From: an uncultured Acidobacteriota bacterium
GTDB lineage: Bacteria; Acidobacteriota; Thermoanaerobaculia; UBA5066; Gp7-AA6
Assembly: GCA_963764715.1 (NCBI GenBank)
Contig: CAVXTP010000008.1
Location: forward strand, 32,432 to 96,431
Direction: 5' to 3'
DNA: 64,000 bases
A program made the position numbers and the translations under genes. How positions within the stretch are numbered: position 1 is the first letter of the stretch; every line of letters starts with the position of its first letter. The notes under the pieces are model-generated. The model was not told where the DNA came from, did not search any database, and saw only the letters and a program-made list of their open reading frames with translations. Positions 58,196 to 64,000 of the stretch are shown here, piece after piece.

Positions 58196-59559
58196 TGGCG
58201 GCGCGGCGGCCGTCCGCGTTCCGGGCGGTGGCCTTCGGCGGCGATCTCGCCATCGCCGTCGGCGCTTTCGACGCCGCCTTCTTTCTCCGCACCCACGTCT
58301 CGATTCCGGGCACCCTGACGCTCCTGCCGGAGTCGAGCGTGCGCTTCACGGCCGGCAACATCCTCTTCGTCGCGGCGGTCCAGGCCTTCGCGCTCTGGTT
58401 CTTCGGCCTCTACCGCGATCACGAGCGGTTCCGGGAGCCGCTCGCGCGGCTGCTGCTGCCGGCGCTCTTCGTCGAGCTCCTGACGCTCGCCTCCGTCTAC
58501 TTCCTGGCGCAGCCGTATTCGTTCCCCCGCTCCGTCCTCGTCGTCTACATCGTCCTCAACGGCGGGCTGCTGGCAGTCTGGCGGACGGCCGTCGACCGTC
58601 TCTTTCCCCAGCCCCGGCGCCGCGCGATGATCGTCGGCGGGGGAGCCGCCGCGGCCCTCGTTGCGGACACGATCCGGCGCCATCCGTGGACCGGCGTGGA
58701 GCTCGCGGGCGTGGTGGGCGACGCCGGCGGAGCGCACGGCCTGCCGTCGCTCGGCTCGGAGGAGGACCTCATCGAGATCGCCCGTACGCATCGGATCGAC
58801 GAGGTGATCCTGATGCCGGAGGCGCCGTCGTGGAGGGACCGGCTTTCCGAGAAGATTCCGGAGGGCTTCGAGGCGGACCTTCTCGTGTGGCCCTCGCCGT
58901 TCGAGACCATGATCGGCCGGCTGCGGTTTCGCATCGTCGGCGACCTGCCCCTGCTCGAGGCGCGCATCCGGCCGCTCGACGGCGCCGCGGCGTTCGCCAA
59001 GCGCGCGTTCGACGTCGTGGCGGCGGCGGCGGGCCTGCTGCTGCTCGCGCCGGGGCTTGCGCTCGCGGCGCTCCTCGTCGCGTCGACCTCGCGGGGCGGC
59101 GTGTTCTACCGGCAGACGCGGGTCGGGCGCGACGGAAAGCCATTCGAGCTCTGGAAGCTCCGCACCATGCGCGAGGGGGCGGAGGTCGAGACCGGCGCCG
59201 TGCTCGCGTCCCCGGACGATCCCCGCGTCACGGCGATCGGACGCGCGCTCCGGGCCGCTCGCATCGACGAGATCCCGCAGCTCTGGAACGTTCTGCGCGG
59301 CGACATGAGCCTCGTCGGTCCCCGGCCGGAGCGGCCCGAGTTCTCCGAGAAGTTCGCGCACACCGTTGCGGGATACGGGCTGCGCCACGCCGCGCGCCCG
59401 GGGCTCACGGGACTCGCGCAGGTTTCGGGCGAGTACTCGACCGAGCCCGACATCAAGTTGCGCTACGATCTGGCGTACTTGAACAACTGGTCGTTCGGCC
59501 TCGACCTCGCCATCCTGCTGCGGACCCTTCCGGTCGTCCTCACCCGCCGTGGCATCTGA
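58195..59559 (+). CDS. Polyprenyl glycosylphosphotransferase (WcaJ/WbaP-like priming transferase)
   Basis: N-terminal TMs, KRAFD, K.RTM, DPRVT, RIDEIPQL.NV..GDMSLVGPRPE and PGLTG.AQ. Confidence 0.93.
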   Translation: MAARRPSAFRAVAFGGDLAIAVGAFDAAFFLRTHVSIPGTLTLLPESSVRFTAGNILFVAAVQAFALWFFGLYRDHERFREPLARLLLPALFVELLTLASVYFLAQPYSFPRSVLVVYIVLNGGLLAVWRTAVDRLFPQPRRRAMIVGGGAAAALVADTIRRHPWTGVELAGVVGDAGGAHGLPSLGSEEDLIEIARTHRIDEVILMPEAPSWRDRLSEKIPEGFEADLLVWPSPFETMIGRLRFRIVGDLPLLEARIRPLDGAAAFAKRAFDVVAAAAGLLLLAPGLALAALLVASTSRGGVFYRQTRVGRDGKPFELWKLRTMREGAEVETGAVLASPDDPRVTAIGRALRAARIDEIPQLWNVLRGDMSLVGPRPERPEFSEKFAHTVAGYGLRHAARPGLTGLAQVSGEYSTEPDIKLRYDLAYLNNWSFGLDLAILLRTLPVVLTRRGI

Positions 59560-60313
59560 GCCGCCCCGGGCCCGGCGCCGGGTCGCCGTGGTCATGCCCG
59601 CGTACAACGCCGAGAAGACGCTCGAGCGGACGTACGCGGACGTCCCGAAGGACTGGGTCGACGACGTCATCCTGGTTGACGACCGGTCCCGCGACCGGAC
59701 CGTCGAGATCTCCCGCCGCCTCGGGATCCACACCGTCGTCCACGAGCGCAACCGGGGCTACGGCGGCAACCAGAAGACCTGCTACGCGACGGCGCTCGCG
59801 CGCGGCGCCGACGTCGTCATCATGGTCCACCCGGACCACCAGTACGACCCGACCGTCATTCCCCACCTCCTTTCGGCGCTGGAGAAGGGGGACTACGACG
59901 CGGCCTTCGGCAGCCGGATGCTCGGGGGCCGGCCGATCCAGGGCGGGATGCCCAAGTGGAAGTATCTCGGCAACATCCTTCTGACGGCGATCGAAAACGC
60001 GACGTTCCTGATCTACCTGACCGAGTACCACAGCGGGTTCCGGGCCTACACCCGCCGTTACCTGGAGTCCGTCAACCTCGAGGCCAACTCGGATGGTTTC
60101 GTCTTCGACACCGAGATCATCGCCCAGGGGATGGCCAAGGGCCTTCGGATCTGCGAGATCCCGATCGAGACGCGCTACTTCGACGAAGCCTCCCAGATCG
60201 CCTTCGGCCCGTCGGTCCGTTACGGCTTTGCGATCCTCAAGACGATGCTGCTCTACAAGCTCCACGCCTGGGGGCTCTACTCCGGCGGCATCTTCCGCGA
60301 GCGACCGCGCTGA
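59549..60313 (+). CDS. GT2 glycosyltransferase (polyprenol-phosphate-mannose synthase-like)
   Basis: MPAYNA, VDD.S.D, NRGYGGNQKTCY, HPDHQY, HSGFRAY and FVFD.E. Confidence 0.88.
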   Translation: MASEPPRARRRVAVVMPAYNAEKTLERTYADVPKDWVDDVILVDDRSRDRTVEISRRLGIHTVVHERNRGYGGNQKTCYATALARGADVVIMVHPDHQYDPTVIPHLLSALEKGDYDAAFGSRMLGGRPIQGGMPKWKYLGNILLTAIENATFLIYLTEYHSGFRAYTRRYLESVNLEANSDGFVFDTEIIAQGMAKGLRICEIPIETRYFDEASQIAFGPSVRYGFAILKTMLLYKLHAWGLYSGGIFRERPR

Positions 60314-60322
60314 GCGCCGACC

Positions 60323-60865
60323 TCAGCGGCGTTCCGGGTCGGGCAGCGGCGGCGGCTCGGACAGGCGACCCTGGCGGAGCTCCCGGGAGAGCTCGGCGAT
60401 CCGCGTCTGCAGCGGCTCGCGGGTCGATTCCGGCAGGGAGGCCAGGATCTCCGGGCTGACCCACCCGGCGCGCAGGAGCGCCGCCTGCGACTCCACCGGG
60501 CGGCCCGCGAGAGCGTAGGCCCGGCCGAGGTTGAGATCGATCTCGGCGCGCTCGCCCGTGCGGAGGGCTTCGCGGTAGTTTTCGAGCGCGCGTTCCGGCT
60601 GGCGCGTCACGAGGAAGGCGGAGCCGCCGATGATCCACGGCCTCGGGTCGGCCGGCAGATCCGCCGCCGCCGAGAGGCCGAGCTGGCCGACGGCCAGGAT
60701 GTTCGACGCCGTTCGCGCTTCGGCGGGGCCGTCGAGGACGCCGCGGAACGCGGCGGTCGCGTAGCCCACGCGCCGCTCGGCGGCGTAGCGGGCGAACTCG
60801 GGGTACGCGAGCGCGGCGAGCGCCGCGAGGGCGGCGGCGAGGGCGATCCGGCGGCGGGCGTTCAC
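60323..60865 (-). CDS. Membrane-anchored TPR-like protein
   Basis: GTG at 60865 overlaps the upstream stop. N-terminal TM and ALENYREAL...LNLGRAYA. Confidence 0.7.
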   Translation of the reverse strand: MNARRRIALAAALAALAALAYPEFARYAAERRVGYATAAFRGVLDGPAEARTASNILAVGQLGLSAAADLPADPRPWIIGGSAFLVTRQPERALENYREALRTGERAEIDLNLGRAYALAGRPVESQAALLRAGWVSPEILASLPESTREPLQTRIAELSRELRQGRLSEPPPLPDPERR

Positions 60866-62193
60866 GCCGGCTCTCCGGGGTCGGTCGGCTCGCCCGCGAC
60901 CTTCCAGGCGCGTCCGGCGGCGAGCAGCAGCGGGACGGCGGTGATCGGTCGCTGCAGCGGGAACCAGGTCAGGGCGGCCGCGGCGCCGGTCGCGAGCACG
61001 GCCGCGAGCACGATCGCTTCGGGCGTGCGGCGCCGCCACGCGGTCCCGACCGCCAGGACGAGCAGACCGCCGCAGGCCCCGAGGGTGAGGAGGCCGGCCG
61101 GGGCGCCCGCGTCGCTGAAGACCTGGAGGTAGTCGCAGTGCGCCTCGGCGTAGGAGCTCGTCAGGAGCGGCGTGACGAAGCGGCGCCTCGACCGGATCTC
61201 CGCGGCGAGCCGGTGTGGAACGAACTCGGCGCCAAACGTCCCGGGACCCCACCCGAGGAGCGGCCTCCGGCGGGTCATCTCCACGGCCGCCGCCCACGGT
61301 CCGCCGCGAAACGACACGACGGCGTCCCAGTTGCGCGTCGAGACGGCGCGCGTCAGCTCGCGCGCGCGGCGATTGAGCGGCGCGTAGGCGAGCACGGCGA
61401 TCCCGACGGCCGCGACGGCCGCGGCCAGCGGGAGGACGGCGCGCCGGCGGAACCGCAGGACGAGCAGGGCCGCCGCGCCCGCGAGGACCGCCATGAGCGC
61501 TGTGAGGTTCTGATTGACGACGAGGCCCGCCGCGTCGAGCGCCAGGGCGCCGGCCGCGAACGCGCGCCACGACGCGCGCGTCGAGGTCACGAGGACCCCC
61601 AGGGCGAGCACCGCGCTCATCGCCAGCGCGATCGCGAGATAGCCGACGTTGCCGGCGAAGGCGCCCGTGTCCTGGCGGGCGCCCGCGGTCTCGAGGCGAA
61701 ACGGGCTCCAGAGGCCGCGGGCCTCGAGGACGGCCACGGCGGCGTTGATCGCGCACGCTCCGAGAAACACGGCCACGAGCGCGCGGCGCGCCTTCGGGAC
61801 GACGCGCGAGGCGCCGAGCGGCAGAAGCAGCGCGAGCACGGCGAGGGTGCGCATCGAGTCGAGGGCGAGCGCCCGGCGCGGCGAGGCCACGGCGGACACG
61901 AGGGCGAGAGCGAGGGCGCCGGCCGCGAGCGCGAGCGTCGCGCGGCGCAGGCGCGGCTCGCGCGCCGGTCCCGACGCCCGCGGGAACCCTCCCGCGGAGG
62001 CGAACGTCACCGCGGCCGCCAATGCCGTCCCCACGACCGCGATCAGGCGCTTGGGCGCGTCGAAGGCCGCCCCGGCCAGCGTGTCGACCGCGAGCGCCGT
62101 GCCGGCGAGCACCGCGCACAGGACGACCCCGGCCACGACCGCGCCGGGGTCGCGCCGGGGCGGCTCCACGGGCGGTCGCTTCTTCTTTGCCAC
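60862..62193 (-). CDS. O-antigen ligase / O-oligosaccharyltransferase-like (Wzy_C) membrane protein
   Basis: Multiple TMs, G.AGNV, R...W......RRRPLLGWGPGTF and AHCDYLQ. Confidence 0.82.
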   Translation of the reverse strand: MAKKKRPPVEPPRRDPGAVVAGVVLCAVLAGTALAVDTLAGAAFDAPKRLIAVVGTALAAAVTFASAGGFPRASGPAREPRLRRATLALAAGALALALVSAVASPRRALALDSMRTLAVLALLLPLGASRVVPKARRALVAVFLGACAINAAVAVLEARGLWSPFRLETAGARQDTGAFAGNVGYLAIALAMSAVLALGVLVTSTRASWRAFAAGALALDAAGLVVNQNLTALMAVLAGAAALLVLRFRRRAVLPLAAAVAAVGIAVLAYAPLNRRARELTRAVSTRNWDAVVSFRGGPWAAAVEMTRRRPLLGWGPGTFGAEFVPHRLAAEIRSRRRFVTPLLTSSYAEAHCDYLQVFSDAGAPAGLLTLGACGGLLVLAVGTAWRRRTPEAIVLAAVLATGAAAALTWFPLQRPITAVPLLLAAGRAWKVAGEPTDPGEPA

Positions 62194-62254
62194 GCGGGGG
62201 CGGATGTTACACGCGCGCCGGCGGGCGACGACGCGCGGCGGTATGCTGACCGCG

Positions 62255-64000
62255 GTGACTTTCGATCCTCAGGGGACTCCGCCGGCTCGGCTGGTGTCGC
62301 TCCCGCACTGGGTGTACCGGCACCGCCGGCCGATCCTCGCGGTGTTCGGCGGCCTCATGCTGTCGGGGGTCCTGGTCCTCGCGTATTTCACCACCCGGGT
62401 CGTCCAGCGCTTCGACGGGCGGCGCTGGGACCTGCCCTCGCGCATCTATTCGGACCTGTACGCCCTGCGGCCGGGCGACGCCGCGAGCGCCTCCGACCTG
62501 GAGTCGAAGCTGGCCCGCCTCTACTACCAGCCGGTCGACGAGACGCCGGAGCGCCCGGGCCACTACCGGATTGCGAAAGACACGATCGAGATCCACACGC
62601 GGCCCTTCCGCTACCCGGGCCACGACTTCCCGGACCTGCGGCTCCAGCTGACGCTCGCGGGCAAGAAGGTCAAGTCCATCGTCGACGCGCGCGGCGAGAG
62701 CGTGCCGGCGCTGATCCTGGAGCCCGAGCTGCTCGGGTCCGTCTTCTCGGCCGAGCTCGAGGACCGCACCGTCATCCGCCTCGCGGAGGCGCCGCAGACG
62801 CTGATCGATGCCGTCCTCGTGACCGAGGACCGCGACTTCTATCGCCACAGCGGCGTCTCGGTGCGCCGGCTCTTCGGCGCCCTCTTCGCGACGCTGACGG
62901 GCGGAATGAAGCAGGGGGGCTCGACGCTCACCCAGCAGCTCGTCAAGAACCTCTATCTCTCGCCCGAGCGGACGCTGCGGCGCAAGGCGAACGAGGCGGT
63001 CATGGCGGTCGTGCTCGACGCGCGCTACTCGAAGGACGAGATCCTCGAGACGTATCTCAACGAGATCTATCTCGGGCGGCGGGGGTCGATCGCCATCACC
63101 GGCGTCGGGGAGGCCGCGCGGTACTACTTCGGCAAGGACGTGCCGGACCTCGACCTCGCCGAGTCGGCCACGCTCGCGGGCATGATCCGCGCGCCCAACG
63201 CCTACTCGCCGTTTCGCAACCCCGACCGGACCCGCGAGCGGCGCAACCTGATCCTCCGGCTGATGCGGGAGGAGGGCAAGATCGACGAGGCCGCCCTCCG
63301 CCACGCGATGGAGGAGCCGCTGACCCCGCGAACGCGCAGCGAGGAGCGGACCAAGGCCCCCCACTTCGTCGACTTCGTCAAGGGCGAGCTCGCCGAGCGC
63401 TACGGCGAGAAGCTGCAGACCGAGGGCCTCCAGATCTACACGACGCTCGACGTCGATCTGCAGCAGGCGGCGCAGCGCGCCGTCACGCAGGGCCTCGAGA
63501 CCCTCGAAAAGACCTACCGCCGCCTCGCCTCCGCGTCCAAGCAGGCGCCGCTGCAGGGCGCGCTCATCGCCCTCGAGCCCCAGACCGGCAGCGTCCGGGC
63601 GCTCGTCGGCGGGCGGGACTATCGGCTCTCGCAGTTCAATCGCGTGACCCAGGCGCATCGCCAGCCGGGCAGCCTCTTCAAGCCCTTCGTCTACCTCGCG
63701 GCGTTCGCCCGCCGGGACCTCGACCCGCCCGTCACGCCCGCGACGGTGCTGGTGGATTCGCCGATCGTCGTGGAATGGGGCACGAAGACGGAAGAGGAGC
63801 AGTGGACCCCGCGCAACTACGACAACGACTATCGCGGGCGGATGACCGCCCGCCGGGCGCTGGAGCTCTCGATCAACATTCCGACCGTCCGCGTGTCGCT
63901 CCAGGCCGGCCTGCCCTACGTTCTCGCCGCGGCCCGCGACGCGGGCATCGCGTCCCGGCTGCGCGCCTATCCGTCGATCGCCCTCGGCGCCTTCGAGATC
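62255..64000 (+). CDS. Class A penicillin-binding protein (PBP1b-like); 3' end outside window
   Basis: Not in the ORF track. TM anchor, UB2H-like region, TEDRDFY.H, QGGSTLTQQLVKN, RK..EA, YLNEIY, transpeptidase QPGSLFKP (SxxK) and S.N. Confidence 0.92.
   Translation, partial: MTFDPQGTPPARLVSLPHWVYRHRRPILAVFGGLMLSGVLVLAYFTTRVVQRFDGRRWDLPSRIYSDLYALRPGDAASASDLESKLARLYYQPVDETPERPGHYRIAKDTIEIHTRPFRYPGHDFPDLRLQLTLAGKKVKSIVDARGESVPALILEPELLGSVFSAELEDRTVIRLAEAPQTLIDAVLVTEDRDFYRHSGVSVRRLFGALFATLTGGMKQGGSTLTQQLVKNLYLSPERTLRRKANEAVMAVVLDARYSKDEILETYLNEIYLGRRGSIAITGVGEAARYYFGKDVPDLDLAESATLAGMIRAPNAYSPFRNPDRTRERRNLILRLMREEGKIDEAALRHAMEEPLTPRTRSEERTKAPHFVDFVKGELAERYGEKLQTEGLQIYTTLDVDLQQAAQRAVTQGLETLEKTYRRLASASKQAPLQGALIALEPQTGSVRALVGGRDYRLSQFNRVTQAHRQPGSLFKPFVYLAAFARRDLDPPVTPATVLVDSPIVVEWGTKTEEEQWTPRNYDNDYRGRMTARRALELSINIPTVRVSLQAGLPYVLAAARDAGIASRLRAYPSIALGAFEI

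Overview
Very GC-rich, gene-dense bacterial chromosomal window. Gene content is compatible with an Acidobacteriota-like organism (inference only). Mostly housekeeping: aroC, UvrD/PcrA helicase, phoH-HD-ybeY-CBS-era, pyrR-pyrB-pyrC, suhB, mtgA, lat, rsmA-rnj-uppP, ftsK-fmt-rsmB, CIRCE-groES-groEL, a surface-glycan cluster and a class A PBP, plus a truncated Xre-type antitoxin at the left edge. I saw no rRNA, tRNA, CRISPR array or transposase. The most unusual signals are outside the ORF track. (1) A GTAG-type REP hairpin family whose 5-nt loop is replaced in two copies by a related ~62-nt multi-hairpin insert. (2) One such copy sits between pyrR and pyrB inside a 19-bp direct duplication and forms a 51-aa ORF that could relay translation from pyrR to pyrB. 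(3) Three genes seem to need non-canonical starts (phoH ATT, pyrB CTG, mtgA CTG). (4) About 11 genes have a -10 hexamer 6-8 nt before the start codon, suggesting leaderless mRNAs. (5) A degenerate GH113-like protein, an ArsC fusion, an MglA-coiled-coil fusion, an FHA gene coupled to tandem GT-C genes, and a headless gene remnant. Family calls come from motif recognition by eye; no database searches were run.
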